A stretch of 64,000 nt of DNA from Squalus acanthias (Eukaryota), in assembly GCA_030390025.1 (NCBI GenBank), contig JASTWF010000033.1, forward strand, positions 684,001-748,000, written 5' to 3'. Positions within the stretch are counted from its first letter, which is position 1. Each line of letters begins with the position of its first letter. Below, in pieces: positions 24,350 through 37,867 of this stretch. The notes below the pieces were generated by a model. It searched no databases. It had not been told where the DNA came from and worked only from the letters and a program-made list of their open reading frames with translations. A program made the translations under genes and the position numbers.

Positions 24350-26520
24350 GGATAGACATAAGGAGGAGGCCATTCAACCCATCGATTATTTTCTGCCATT
24401 CAATTAGATCATGTCTGATCCGTATCTGAACCCCATTTATCCACCGTGGTACAGTAATCCTTAATGCCCTTACCCAAAATAAAATATATAAATCTCAGAT
24501 TTGAAGCCTTCATTGACCCCCAGCATCAACCACTATTTGAGGGAGAGAATTTCAGATTTACACTACCCTGTGTGTGAACAATTGCTTCCTGACATCATCC
24601 CTGAACAGCCTAGCTCTAAATTTAAGGTTATGGCCCTTTTCTCTGGACTCCCCAATCTCTTTCTACCCTATCAACTAATTTAACCACCTCTTAATCTTTT
24701 ATACATCCAAGTCTATCGAATATGTCCTGCTCATAGAATTGAATCATAGAATCACGTAACCATTAAAGCACAGAGCGAGTCCATTCGGCCCGTCGATCCC
24801 GTGCCGGCTCTCTGCAAGCGCACTTCAGCTTGTCCCACTCCCCCGCCCTTTCCCTGCAGCCCTGCATATTTTTCTTTCAGGCCCTCATCCAATTCCCTTT
24901 TGAAAGCCAGGATTGAATCTGCCTCCACCATCCTTTCAGGGACTGCATACTAGATCATAACCACCCACTGACTATGGCAGCATTTTCTTCGTTGGTAAAA
25001 ATAGATGGAAAGTACTCATTTAGTACCTCAGCCATGCCTTTTGGAAGTCCATATACACAACATAAAATGTATTGCCCTCACCCACCCTCTCTGTTAATTC
25101 TTTAAAATAATGAATCAGCTTTGTCAAACACGATTTGCCCCTAAAATATCCCTGCTGTCTCTCGTTATTCGTCCATGCTAGTATAACTGGCTTTTACTTT
25201 TCTGCCGGATTATTGTTATAAAGCATTCCTCACCAGCGCCGTTAAACTGACTGACCTGTAATTGCCAGGTTTAACTTTGTCCATTTTTTTGTCCCCAGTG
25301 CTTTGGCAGCACTCCTGTATCTAAAGAGGATTGGAAGATTGTGGGCAGCATCTCTAGAATTTCTACCCTTACTTCCCCCAACAACCTAGGATGCATCCAA
25401 TCCGGACCGGGACACTCGTCCACTTTAAGTACCGCCAGCCTTTCTAGTACCTCTTCTTTATCTATTTTTATCTCCTCCAGTATCCCAGCAGCCTCCTGAA
25501 TACCATAGCTTTGGTGAACTCCGCTTACTTCTGAAACACCGAAATAAAGTACTCATTTACTACCTCAGCCAGTCCTTCTGCCTCCACCGATAGTTATACA
25601 TTTTGGCCCCACTGCTCCTCCGACAACCCTTTTACTGTTAATATGTCTATAGATAGTTGGATTTCCTTTAATGTTAGTTGTCAATCTATTCTGGTACTGT
25701 CTCTTTGCCTCTCTTATTTCATTTTCACTTCTCCTCTGTACTTTTTATATTCAGCCTGATTCTCCCCTGTATTATCAAGCTGACATCTGTCACACACCCC
25801 CTTCGCTGCTTCATCTTACTCTCTATATCCTTCATCATCCAGGGAGCTCTGGCTTTGTTGCCCTCCCTTTCGCACTGGTAGAAATGTACCTAACTGTTCC
25901 CGAACCATCTCATCGTTAAAGGCCGCCAATTGCTCCATTACATTTTTACCTGCCAGTGATTGGCTCCAGTTTACCACAGAAAGAGCCCTCCTCAATTCAT
26001 TGAAGTGAGCACTCATGAAGTTAAGTTATTTTTCAAATTCTAGATTGATCCTTGTGCTTCTCAATAACGAATTTAAAGTTTATGATACTTAGATCACTAT
26101 TCCCGAGATGCACTCCAACGGTGGCATTCTCCGCCTGACCCATTTCATTCCCCAGCACTACATCCTGCAATGCCCCATTCCTCGCTCGGCAGGAAACATA
26201 CTGTTCAAGAAAACTCTCCAGAACGCAGTTCAAAAATTCCTCCCCTTCTCTTCCCTTAACCCAATCACTGCCTCACTCACTATTGGGATAGCTCTAGTCT
26301 CCAGTAATTACTCGTCTATAGTTCTTGCACCTCCGAGTGATTTATTTGAAAATCTGCTCCCCTATCTCCTTCCTACTAGTTGCTGGCCTACAAAATACAC
26401 AAAGTAGCGAAAGAGTTTCTTTCTTGTTTCTCAATTCCAAACAAATAGATTATGCCATTGATCCCTTAAGAACATTCTCTCTTTCTAGCAATGTAATATT
26501 TTCCTTAATCAAAACTGTTA
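24350..26520 (-). mobile_element. Stack of decayed CR1 fragments (two 3' ends plus ORF2 endonuclease/linker region)
   Basis: Reverse-complement CR1 3' UTR motifs at ~24360 and ~24745; ORF 26033..26233 carries LGNSDL. Confidence 0.75.
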
Positions 26521-26694
26521 CTCAGAGGGTGTGAAATGAATTAGACAGGGAGAGTCTAAAGAGAGGCTGATTTACCCCGTGCACAACCACTCCAGCAATC
26601 TTTCCAAAATCCCCGACAGACCGAACGTCTCAATCTTCTGTTCCGTGTGGATTGAGGCCTAATACTGAATGTTGTAAAAGGGAAAATGGAGGCC

Positions 26695-26776
26695 AGTAGC
26701 TTTCAGAACTCGAACCTACGCGGGGAGACCCCAATGGATTTCTAATCTATCTTCTTCACCACACGGCCACGACTAC
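26695..26776 (-). pseudogene. tRNA-Ser(AGA) pseudogene
   Basis: 82-nt ungapped match to vertebrate tRNA-Ser(AGA), recalled from memory, with ~14 mismatches (GTAGTCGTGGCC...TAGAAATCCATTGGGGTCTCCCCGCG.AGGTTCG); no CCA; downstream T-runs. Confidence 0.85.
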
Positions 26777-26869
26777 CTATCAAGTATTGCAACTTTCGTG
26801 TTTCAGCTCCAACCATGAAATAGCGGCGTCCTGCAGTCGCTGCTTTCTGCACATAGAAGGTATCATTGT

Positions 26870-27690
26870 TCAGCAATTGTCAGCTCCCTTATGTGTTCTA
26901 AATTTCCGCATTTACTACAATCCAGCCTGCTCGTTTCCGATGACCAAGGGCTTTTGATGACCTCAGCTACATAGATCCAGTAATAGTTGTAGAATCAATG
27001 GGGATTTAGCTTGCTGAATTGTCACGTTCACGTTGTCTGGCCAGTTTTCAATGAGTTACCATAGAGACGGACGACCTTTGTAAATACTTTTACTGTCACC
27101 AATGAAATACGTGGTCGCCCTCTCACTTACTGCTTGTCATTGCTCCAACATCCTTCCTGTAATTTATTGTTTAAAAGAAGAATGAAGCCAGAATTGATCA
27201 AGGGTCTTGTTCCAGCGCCGTTCTCTTTGTTTTGATTTCTAATGTTTAATAATATCAAGAATCCGGCTCCAGTTCCGTGAGAAAATGCAGCTTCTGTTTA
27301 TATTTTTGGTTAAACAACACTTTTGTTCAGTTCCTGTTTGAAGCAGTTTATTTCCAGCTCACCACCAGGGGCAGGTACTTCTCAATGGAATGTGTGCGCG
27401 CGCAAGTCTGTGCGCTCTTCATGCACAAAATAACAAGATGCAGCAACAGTAAGAATTAAGTGAAACACGCATTCATGTTCGGATTTTGTTTTTGATTTTT
27501 GCTCGGGTAGCAACGAGACATAAAAAATATTTTGATTTTATTTTTCAAATAACGAAGTCTATCCGGGGGCAATTTTATTTCATCTATACTTTAAAATGGG
27601 TATATTGAATTGGCTGCATATTCAATTTTCAATGTTACTAAAACAATGGTTTACTCAAATTACCCATAACTTTGAAACGTCTGACAGGCT
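26870..27690. repeat. Locally duplicated unique non-coding block, copy A (copy B ~32930-33795)
   Basis: Shared anchors ATGAGTTACCAT.GAGACGGA, TTGATCAAGGGTCTTGTTCCAG, ATCCGGCTCCAGTTCCGTGAGAAAATG. Confidence 0.85.
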
Positions 27691-27694
27691 CAAC

Positions 27695-28075
27695 AGTCCA
27701 TCCATCCATCAAACCGTCAGTCGTTCCACCCATACACGTGTCATTCCATCCAGCCATCTATCCAGCCTTCCTCCATCCATCCATCCATCCAGCATTCCAT
27801 CCATCCAGCCATCCATCCATCCATCCATCCATCAATTGTCTCACTCATCCACTGGTCAACCATCCATCCATTCACTTATCAATATTAACATCCACCCACA
27901 AATCCACCCTTTCTCTCAACCATCCATCCATTCAAACACTCATCCTTTCATCCACCAAAGCAAATATCTAACTACCCACCCATCCAACCATGTAGCCATC
28001 TATCGATCCACCCATCCACTCACCATCCATCCACCCATCTATCCGCCCATTCATTGACCCATCCACCCGTCAATC
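27695..28075. repeat. Degenerate (CCAT)n microsatellite
   Basis: Visible tetranucleotide repeat; source of the PSIH-rich spurious ORFs. Confidence 0.9.
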
Positions 28076-28279
28076 CAAATCAACTGATTTGGAAACATTT
28101 TCATCTACTAACGGAAATAGATTATGCAAATGTATGTACATATTCCGCTTCCTTCTTAAAATAACCCGTCAATACACAACCTCCCCCTTAACCAGCGACG
28201 AACGCAATTTTCCCATTGTGATCCTTAATAACATTGAAATGTTTGATAAATTTGTAAGGCCATTGCTTGAGTATGTTTG

Positions 28280-31200
28280 AGTGTGGAAAGTTTTCTGCAA
28301 CAAAATGGCTGTGATCCAACAAGGGGGCAGGCCATATTAGATTTAATAATGCATAATGGGCCTGATTTAGTTAGCAGCCGAACGGTGCATGGAGATTTAT
28401 CTGATAGGGCTCATAATATGTTTAAGTTGAAAGTTGTGTTTGAAAGGGAGAAACGCGAAAAAGCTGCTAAGATTCTAAATTTAGGTAAGTCCGACTTCAC
28501 CGGGATAAGACAGAGACTGTCCACAGTAAAATGGACGCCTCTGTTGATGGGTAACACGAGGGAGGATTCCACTAAAGAATTTAACCTGATACTGAAGCAG
28601 TTTATAAGCCTAAGGTGCAAGAGCTCCACTGCCAAAAAAAAAACTACAGACGAGTAAATAGGTAAGGGACAACATAAAACAAAAAGAAAAAGCATCCAAT
28701 AATGTATAAATTAGTATAGTACCTGGCGAATGGGAGCGATACATATCTCAGCAAACGGTGACAAAACAATAGTAAGAGTTACAAACATGGAATATGAAAA
28801 CTTGCAAGGGTTATCACAATCAACAAAAAATTCTTGTAAAAATAAAATAAGAACAAGATGGCTGGTTGAGAGCACTGTGTGCACTTTAGAAAGTAATACT
28901 TGTGATCTTATAATTGAAATTAAGGAAGTGGTGGACTTGCTAAATAATTACTTTGCGTCAGTATTTACAGTAGAGGAAAAGGATAGCGTGCCTGACATCC
29001 CAAGGAAACTAATATTGAGTCAGGGATTGGGACTAACCATAATTAATGTAAGCAAATTAACAATAATGAAGAAAATAATGGCACTAAAGGGTGATAACTA
29101 TCCTGCAGCAAATGGTTTAAAACTAAGGGTTTTAATGGAATTGGTGAGAAAGTTGCAGATGCCCTAACTATGATCCCCCAAAGTTCTCTCGAATCAGGAA
29201 CCGTTCCTTTAGAATGGAAAATTGCACGTCACTCCGCTATTTAAGAAACGTGAGAAAGGGAAACCAGGGAATTATAGAACAGTTAGCCAAATGTCAGAAA
29301 ATTACTAAAGGCTATAATTAAGGATTGAGTAACTGAGCAGCTTAAAATGATCAGGTGATCAGAGAGATCCAGAACGGATTTGTAATAGCAGTTCATGCCT
29401 GACGAGCATGATTGAAATTTTGGAAGAGTGACTAAATTAGTGGACAGGAGAATGCCTATGGATATTATTTATATGGACTTCCTGAAGACATTCGATAAAT
29501 TCCCTCATAAGAGACTGTTAGCTCAAGTTGAAGCTCATGGAATAAAGTGCAAATTATTGACCTGGTTAGGAAATTGGCTGACCGGCAGAAGAAAGTGAGT
29601 AGGGATAATGGACACGTGCTCCAATTGACAGAATGTGACTAGTGGTGTCCCACAGGGATCTTTTTTAAGGCATAACTATTCACTTTTTTTATTAACGACT
29701 CAGATAGAGAGTGAAATATTCAAGATTGCCGATGATCCAAAAATATCTGGTTTTGGGAGCAGTATAGATGGAAGTATAAAAATAAGAGATATTAATATAT
29801 TAAGTGAATCCCGAAACTGTGCAAATGGATTTCAATATAGGCAAGCTTGATGTCATATACATTGGACCTAAAAGGAATAGATCCGAATACTTTCTTATTG
29901 GCGTACAGCTATAAGCAGTGGAGGTCAAAAGAGACTTAGAGGTCCTTGAACGTAGATCATTCAAATGTCATGGATAGTTGAGGCATTGATTGTGATCTTC
30001 CAATATACCCTCGATTCTGGAACGGTCCCAGTGGATTGGAAGGTAGCAACTGTAACAAGGCCATTCAAGAAAGGAGGGAGAAAGAACACAGGGAACTACA
30101 GGCCAGTTAGCCTGACATCAGTCGTCGGGAAAATGCTGGAATTCAGTATTAAGCAAGTGGTAACAGAGCACTTATAAAAACATAATATGATTAGGTAGAG
30201 TCAACATGGTTTTAGGAAAGGGAAATCTTGTTTGACAAATCTAGTAGAGTTTTTTGAGGATGTAACTAACAGGGTATATAAAGGGGAATCAATTAATGGA
30301 GTATATTTGGATTTTTTAAACGGCAGTTGTTACGGTTCCACAGGAAGGTGTGTTACACAAAATAAGAACTCATGGGGTGGAGGTAATATATTAGCATGCA
30401 TAGAGGTCTGGTAAAAGGATAGAACACAGAGAGTATGAATAAGTGGGTGATCTTCAGGTTAGCAGGCTGTTACCAGTGGTGTGCCGAAAGGCTCAGTGAT
30501 AGGGCCAGCTATTGACAATCCATTGTCATGACTTAGATGAAGGGTCCGTGGATAATGTATCCAAATTTGCTGACGATACAAAGCTAGTTAGTAACCTGTG
30601 AGGAGGACACCTAGAGCCTGCAAAGGGATATAGACAGTTTAAGTGAACGGGCAAGAAGGAGAAAGATGGAATATAATGTGGGGAAATGTGACATTATTCA
30701 ATTTGGTAGGAAGAATAGATAAACAGAATATTTTAAATGCAATGGAAATATTAAATGTTGGTGTTAAGAAGGATTTGGGTGTCCTTGTACACAAAACACA
30801 GACATTTAGCATGCAATTACAGCAAGCAATTTGGAAGGCACATGGTATGTTGGCCTTTATTGCAAGGGGGTTGGAGTACACGAGCATGAAGTCTTGCTGC
30901 AATTGTACAAGGCTTTGTTAAGACCACATCTGGGTATTGTGTACAGTTTGGTTTACGCACTTAAGGAAGGATATACTTGCCTTAAATGCGGTGCAACGAT
31001 GGTGCAGTAGATTTCTTTGGTTGATAGGGTTTTCCTGGGAGGAGAGATTGAGTAGATTAGACATATACTTGGAGTTTAGAAGAATGAAAGGTGATCTCAT
31101 TGAAACATATAAGTTTCGGAGAGGGCTTAGAACGGTAAATGCTGAGAGGCAATTCCCCCTGGCTGAAAAGTGTAGAACTAGAAGACATAGTCTCAGGATA

Positions 31201-32150
31201 AGGGATCGGCTATTGAGAACTGAAATGAGGAGAGATGTCTTTACTCAAATGGTTTTTAATATTTGGAATTCTCTACCTCAGTGGTCTGTGGATGCTCAGT
31301 CGTTGCGTCTATTCAAGGCTCAGATCGATAGATTTTTGGACTCTAAGGGAGTTATGGCCTATGGGGATTGGGTGGGAAAGTGGAATTGAGGATGTAGATC
31401 AACCATGATCTTCTTGAGTGGTGTAGCAGGCTCGATGGGCCGTATGGTCTCCGCTTGCTCCGAATTCTTATGTTCTAATGACAGGCAGAAACATATTGAA
31501 AAGGGCTCATGGAATGTTGTCCTTTATATCCAGAGGACTAGTATACAAGGGGTTAGAAGTCATGATACAGCCATACAAATGTCTGGTTAGTTCACAGGTT
31601 GAGTACTGTGAACAGTTCTCGGCACCAATCATTAGGAAGGATATATTAGCCTTGGAGGGAGTGCAGCATATAAATACTAACTTGATACCTGGAAATCAAT
31701 GGTTAAATTGCGAGAATAGATTACATAATCTAGGGTTGTATTCCCTGGAAATTACAAGATTAAGGGATGATTTGATCTAAATTTACAAGATATTAAGGGT
31801 AACTAATAGAGTATAGAGATAAACTGTTTGAGCTGTTTGGGTTACTTGGATTAGGGGACGTGACATAAAAGAAAGGGAAAGGCCTTTCAGGACGGAAGTT
31901 AGGAAACACTTATACTAACAACGTGTGGTCGAAGATTGGAACTCTCTTCGCAAACAGCAGTTGTTGCTGGGTCAATTGTTAATTTGAAATCTGAGATTAA
32001 TAGATTTCTGTTAACCAAAGGTAATAACTAATATGTAGCAAAAGCGGGTATATGGAGTTAGGTCACAAATCAGCCATGGTCTAATTGAATAGAGGAACGG
32101 GCTAGAGCGGCTAAATAGCCTACTCCTGTTCCTATGTCCATATGTAACTA
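28280..32150 (+). mobile_element. Decayed CR1 (28280-29968, resuming ~31478-32150) containing a nested CR1 (~29969-31477)
   Basis: ORF2 order restarts at ~29970 (IVEALIVIFQ), ends in a TTCTTATGTTCTA tail at ~31477, then the outer ORF2 resumes at the matching point. Confidence 0.8.
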
Positions 32151-32929
32151 TTTATACAACGCAGAATGTGCACACACTTCAGTCACATTGAGTATTTAAA
32201 TCTTTATGCAGTCATACAACTGAGCTGGCAGCTTTATAACATATTGTCGATGCGCCATTTAGTTAAGGAGAGGAGGTTGTAGCAGGTTCCCCATGTGCTG
32301 GTTCCCCTTGGAAGAGCTTGTTCTCAGGTAGGAATGGAGTCGACTGTGGCATTATTAGGCTCAGTAACTCACCGTCAGGAATCATGCATGAGCTTTAAGC
32401 ACTGGGCAGTGGACCAGAGCTTTGCAGGGACTTACCCTGAGGGTCTTTTTGTTCTGCGCTTCCTCGAAGGACATTGAATGAGTGTCAATTACAGTTGTGA
32501 CACCAGACCTGTTTTCCGGAATTCTAATTGCATCTAACTCCCTAAAGGACGATCATGTTCGGTGAGAGAATTTGCGTTCTGCTTTAGTTGTTACAATTAG
32601 TCCGCTTCTAGTCTGTGTATTGCTACGTTAACCCTTGAGGAGTATATTGTAATGTAAGGTTTCTATGCCTGGCTCACGATGCCCTCTGTGCACGAGCACG
32701 GAGGACGTTTTCTGAAGCAGTGAGTGCACGTGTACATGTGGGCCCGCAGAACGACTCTCAGTGCTGTCTGTGCAAAACACTGTGCAGTAACATTCACATT
32801 CGTATAGAGTCACATCCCAATATAGGTAGACTATTAATCACAAAGTAACTGACTAACACAGGGTGACTAAAGTGCACAGTGACATTCTTGTAAAAGGTAA
32901 TTTTATAATAGAGATTGATTTCCGAGTAT

Positions 32930-33795
32930 TGATTTCTGTCAGCTCCCATTAGAAATATTGTAATCGCTATTAAGAGGTTAAACGATTGACACGCAAGATA
33001 TAAACTTTGCTATAATGCAGAGAAAATCCTCGATAATTTGTATAATCAGTTCCTCGTCTGTCAACAGGCAGAGCCACAGGAGCTGAAGTAATCACAGTTT
33101 GGGGAATTAACATGCTGGTTACCACGCGCCCTGTGTATGAACACTTTCCAATGAGTTACCATCGAGACGGACCACCTTTGTCCAGACTTGTACTCTCACC
33201 AATGAAATACCTGGCCGCTGCCTCGCTTGCTGTTTTTTTCTTGCACCCACATCATTCCTGCAATTTATTGTTTTTTTTTATTTTAAGAAGTATTAAGCCA
33301 GCATTGATCAAGGGTCTTGTTCCAGTGGAGTTCTCTTTATTTTGAGATTTGTAATTTTGAATAATATAAAAAATCCGGCTCCAGTTCCGTGAGAAAATGT
33401 AGTTTCTGTTTATATTGTTGGTTAAACAACTCTTGTGGTACAGTTGTTGTTAGAAGCAGTTTATTTCTGGCTCACCGCCAGCGACAGGTACTTCTCAATG
33501 CAATGTGTGTGCGCGTGCGCACTTCATGCCAAAAATAACAAAATGTAACAACAGGAAATAGTTAGTAAAACACCCAGTCATAGCATGAATTTGTCCCTGA
33601 TAGTTGCTAGGTTTACAGCGAGACAGAAGAAAATGTCTTTATTATTCTATATTTGTTCAAATGTCGACTCGCTGGGGGTAATTTTACCTTTAATCGATAG
33701 AGTAAATTAGTTATATCTAGTTGATCACAGATTCAATTTACAGTTCGTTATAACAACGGTTAACTCAAATTATCACTTACTTTGAAAATTCTGAC
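32930..33795. repeat. Locally duplicated unique non-coding block, copy B
   Basis: Colinear with 26870-27690. Confidence 0.85.
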
Positions 33796-33859
33796 ATCCC
33801 TCCACCTCCACGGTTCCAGATAACCTCGCACTTTTAGCTACTTTAGTGTCGCTGTTTGA

Positions 33860-36800
33860 GATGGAGTTTGACATTTAAGTTTATTCCTGCTAAGTTAGTT
33901 AATAGTCTGTTAAATAGAGGCATGGCAGAGCAGCTTAGTCCCGCGGAATGCACATCCTGTGGGAAATCCCGTTCGCTTCCCGCTTCTTGGACTATCATGT
34001 GTGCCGGCATTGCTGTCAGCTGGAGGAGCTCGAGTTCCGGGTTTTGGAGCTTCAGCGGCAGCTGGTGTCACTGTGGTGCATCCGCGAGGCTGAGAGCTAC
34101 GTGGCTAGCACGTTTCAGGAGGTGGTCAGCCCGCAGATAAGGAGTGTGCAGGCAGAGATGGAGGACCAGGCAGGGAGTTCAGGAGTCCCCTGAGTGCATC
34201 TCGCTCTCCAACCAGTATTCGGTTGTGAGTGCTGGTGGAGGCGATGGATTCTCTGGGGAGTATAGCCACAGCCAAGTCTGCGGCACCACGGGTGGCTCAG
34301 CTGTACAGGGAGGGGGGAGGATGGGAAGAAGTGTGGGAAAGCAATAGTTGTACGGGATTCGATAGTTAGGGGTGCAGACAGGCGATTCCAGCCGCAGACG
34401 ACTCCAGGAAGCTATGTTGCCTCTCAGTTGCCAGGGTCAAGGATGTCACCGAGCGGCTTCTGAACATTCTGAGGTGGGAGTGTGAACAGCAAGAAGTCGT
34501 CGTCCATATCGGTACCAACGACATACGTAGAAAGAGGGAAGAGGTCCTGCAGGCAGCTTTCAGGGAGCTAGGAAAGAGATTAAGAAGCAGGACCTCAAAT
34601 GTAGTAATCACCGGATTACTCCAGGTGCCATGCGCTAGTGAGTATAGAAATAGAAGGATAGTGCAGATGAATGCATGGCTGGAGAGATGGTGCAGGAGAG
34701 AGGGCTTTAGATTCCTGGGACATTGGGATCTGTTCTGGGGGAGCTGGCACCTGTACAGACCCGACGGGTTGCACCTCAACAGGGCTGGAACCAACATCCT
34801 CGCGGGAAGGATTGGTACTGCTGTTAGGGAGGGTTGAAACTAATTTGGCAAGGGGATGTAACATTAGAAAGGTGAAAGGAAGTGCTCCAAGAATTGGGAG
34901 AGGCAGAAAGAAATAAAGTAAGACGCATTAGGTGAGGAAAACTAAGAGAGAATACAGGATGGACAAAGATGGATTTAAAGCGCATGTATGTGAACGCACG
35001 AGGCGTAGTAAACAAGTTAAGTGAGCTGCAGGCACTACTTGGTGCTCTATTGAATAACCACATGGAAATATGATGTTGTGGCAACAACTGATAACTGGCT
35101 CAAAAAGGAACTGGATTGGGTTAAATATTCCTAATTAAAAGATAGTCATGAAAGAAAGAAAAGGAAAGATAGGAGGTGGTGTGGCAGTATTGGTCATGGA
35201 GAATGTTACAGTACTGGAGAGGAACAATGTCCAGGAGGGGTCATGGACAGAATCTATATGGCTAGATTTAAGAAATGATAGAGGTGCCATTACACTACTG
35301 GTGCATTCAATAGACCACCAAATAGTGGGAATGATTTGGAGGAGCAAATTTGCAGAGAAATTACAGAGAGGTGCAAGAACTAGAGAGCAGTAATAATGGG
35401 GGGCTTCAGTTATCCTAGTACAGACTGGGATACAAAATGGCAGAGAAGGGGAAGAATGTCTGAAGTAAGTTCAGGAGAACTTTATTGATCAGTATGTTTC
35501 CGTCTCGACGAGGGAGGAGGCATTGTTGGATTTGGTTCTGGGGAATGAAGTCGATCAAGTGGAGCAAATGTCAGTAGGGGGATATTTAGAGAACAGTGAT
35601 CATAGTATCATAAGGTTTAAATTAGCTATGGAAAAGGACAGGCAACAAGCTAGAGTAAAAATGTTTAACTGGGGAAAGCCAATTTCAGTTGGATGAGAAC
35701 GGATCTGGCCCGGGTAACCTGGAATCAAAGATTGGCAGGCAAAACTTTAATGGAACAATGGGCTGCCTTTAAAGAGGAAATAATTCAGGTACATTCCCAC
35801 TAGGGGAAAGGCAGGGCAAATAAAGTCAGGGCTCCATGGATGACGAAAGAGATAGAGAATATAAGGAAGCAGAGGAAGACCGTGTATGACAGATGTGAGG
35901 TTGCAAATACATCTGAAAATCAGGCTATATATATAAAGATCAGAGGAGAAGTGAAAAAGAAAATGAGAGCGGCAAAGAGAGCGTATGAGAGTAGAATGGC
36001 AGCCAACATAAAAGTTAATCCAAAAGTCTTCTACAGGCAATAAAATAGTAAAAGGGTAGTAAAAGGAGGTGTGGGGCCCATTATGGTACAAAAAGGACAC
36101 CTATACATGGAGGCAGAGGGTCTGACTGAGGTACTAAACGAGTACTTTGCATCTGCCTTTACGAAGGAAGAGGATGCTGCATTAGACATAGTGAAGGAGG
36201 AGGTAGTGATGACACCTGAAAGGATAAAAATTGTTAAAGACGAGGAATTAGAAAGGCTGGCTGTACTTAAAGTAGATAAATTGCCAGGAGCAGATGGGAT
36301 GCATCCTCGGATGCTGAGGGCATTGAGGGCGGAAATCTCGGAGGTACTGGACATAATATACCAATCCTCCAGAGATACGAGGGTGGTGCCAGAGGACTAT
36401 AGAATTGCAAATGTTACACCATTTTTTTTTAAAAGGGTGTAAAGATAAACCCAGCAACTACAGGCCAGTCAGTTTAACCTCGTTAGTGGGGAAGCATTTA
36501 GAAACATTAATCAGGGACAAAATTAACAGTCACTTTGATAGGTGTGGATTAATTAAGGAATGCCAGCACGGATTTATTAAAGGCAAAACGTGTTTAACTA
36601 TCTTGATGGAGTTTTCTGATGAGGTAACAGAGACGGTTGATGAGGGCAATGCGTTTGACGCAGTTTAAATGGATTTCCAAAAGGCGTTTGACAAAGTGCC
36701 ACATAATAGGCTTCGCGGAAAACTTGAACCCCATGGAATAAACGGACAGTGGCAGCATGGATACTACATTGGCTAAGTGACAGGAAACAGAGAGTAGTGG

Positions 36801-37810
36801 TGAACGTTTGTTTTTCAGACTGGAGGAAGGTATACATTGGTGTTCCCAAAGGCTCCGTTCTCTGACCAATGCTTTTCTGGATATATATTAATGACTTGGG
36901 CGTTGGTGAACCAGGCACAATTTCAAAATTTGCAGATGACACAAAACTTGGAAGCATAGTGAAGAGTGATGAGGAGAGTGATCGACTTCAGGAAGACAGA
37001 CAGGCTGGCGAAATGGGCGGACAAGTGGCAGATGAAATTTAACGCAATACACTGTGAAGTGATACATTTTGTTAGAAAGAATGAGGAGAGGACCGACAAA
37101 CTAAATGATACTGTCCTAAATGGGGTGCACGAACACTGAGACCTGGGGGTATGTATGCACAAATCGGTGAAGGTGGTAGGGAAGTTTGAAAACGCAGTTA
37201 AAAAAGACATACGGGATCCTGGGCTTCATAAACAGAGGTATAGAATATAAAAGCAAGGACTTTATGATGAACCTGTATCAAACATTGGTTCGGCCCCAAC
37301 TCGAGTACTGTGTCCAATTCTGGGCACCACACATTAGGAAGGATGTGAATGCTTCGAGAAGGTACAGAAAATATTTCTGAGAATCTTTCCAGGAATGAGG
37401 GACTTCTATATGTGAATAGAGTCGTGAACCTGGGGTTGTTCTCCTTGGAGCAGATAAAATTGAGAGGAGATTTGATAGAGGTGTTCAGAATCATTGAGGA
37501 GTCTGAATAGATCAGTTAGAAAGAAACTGTTCCCATTGACAAAAGGGTCGAGAACCAGAGAACACAGATTTAAGGTGATTGGCAAAAGAACCAAGGCAAG
37601 AAAAAACTTTTTCACGAAGCGAGTGGTTAACATCTGGAATGCAATGCCTGAAAGGCTGGTGGAGGCAAAAGGGAATTGGATGAGTATCTGAAGGGGAGAA
37701 AATGCAGTGCTGCGGGGAAAAGGCAGGGGAGTGGAACTAGCTGAGAGTCAGCACGGGCTTGATGTGCCAAATGGCCTTCTTCCGTGCTGTAACCATTTTA
37801 AAATTCTATG
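33860..37810 (+). mobile_element. Near full-length decayed CR1 LINE (ORF1 + ORF2)
   Basis: ORF1 ATG 33922 (MAEQLSPAECTSC..HVCRHC), esterase motifs (GDSIV, HIGTND, DGLHL); ORF2 endonuclease/RT remnants; ATTCTATG tail. Confidence 0.9.
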
Positions 37811-37867
37811 TAACTGGCTAGATGGGCTGAATGAATTTCTCTTGTCCCTATGTAACAGGCGAAAGAG

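Noticed and set aside
27358..27376. CTCF site (CCACCAGGGGCAG)
   Set aside because: One G short of the consensus and not conserved in the duplicate copy
27596..28057. His/Pro/Ser-rich ORFs
   Set aside because: Translation of a (CCAT)n microsatellite
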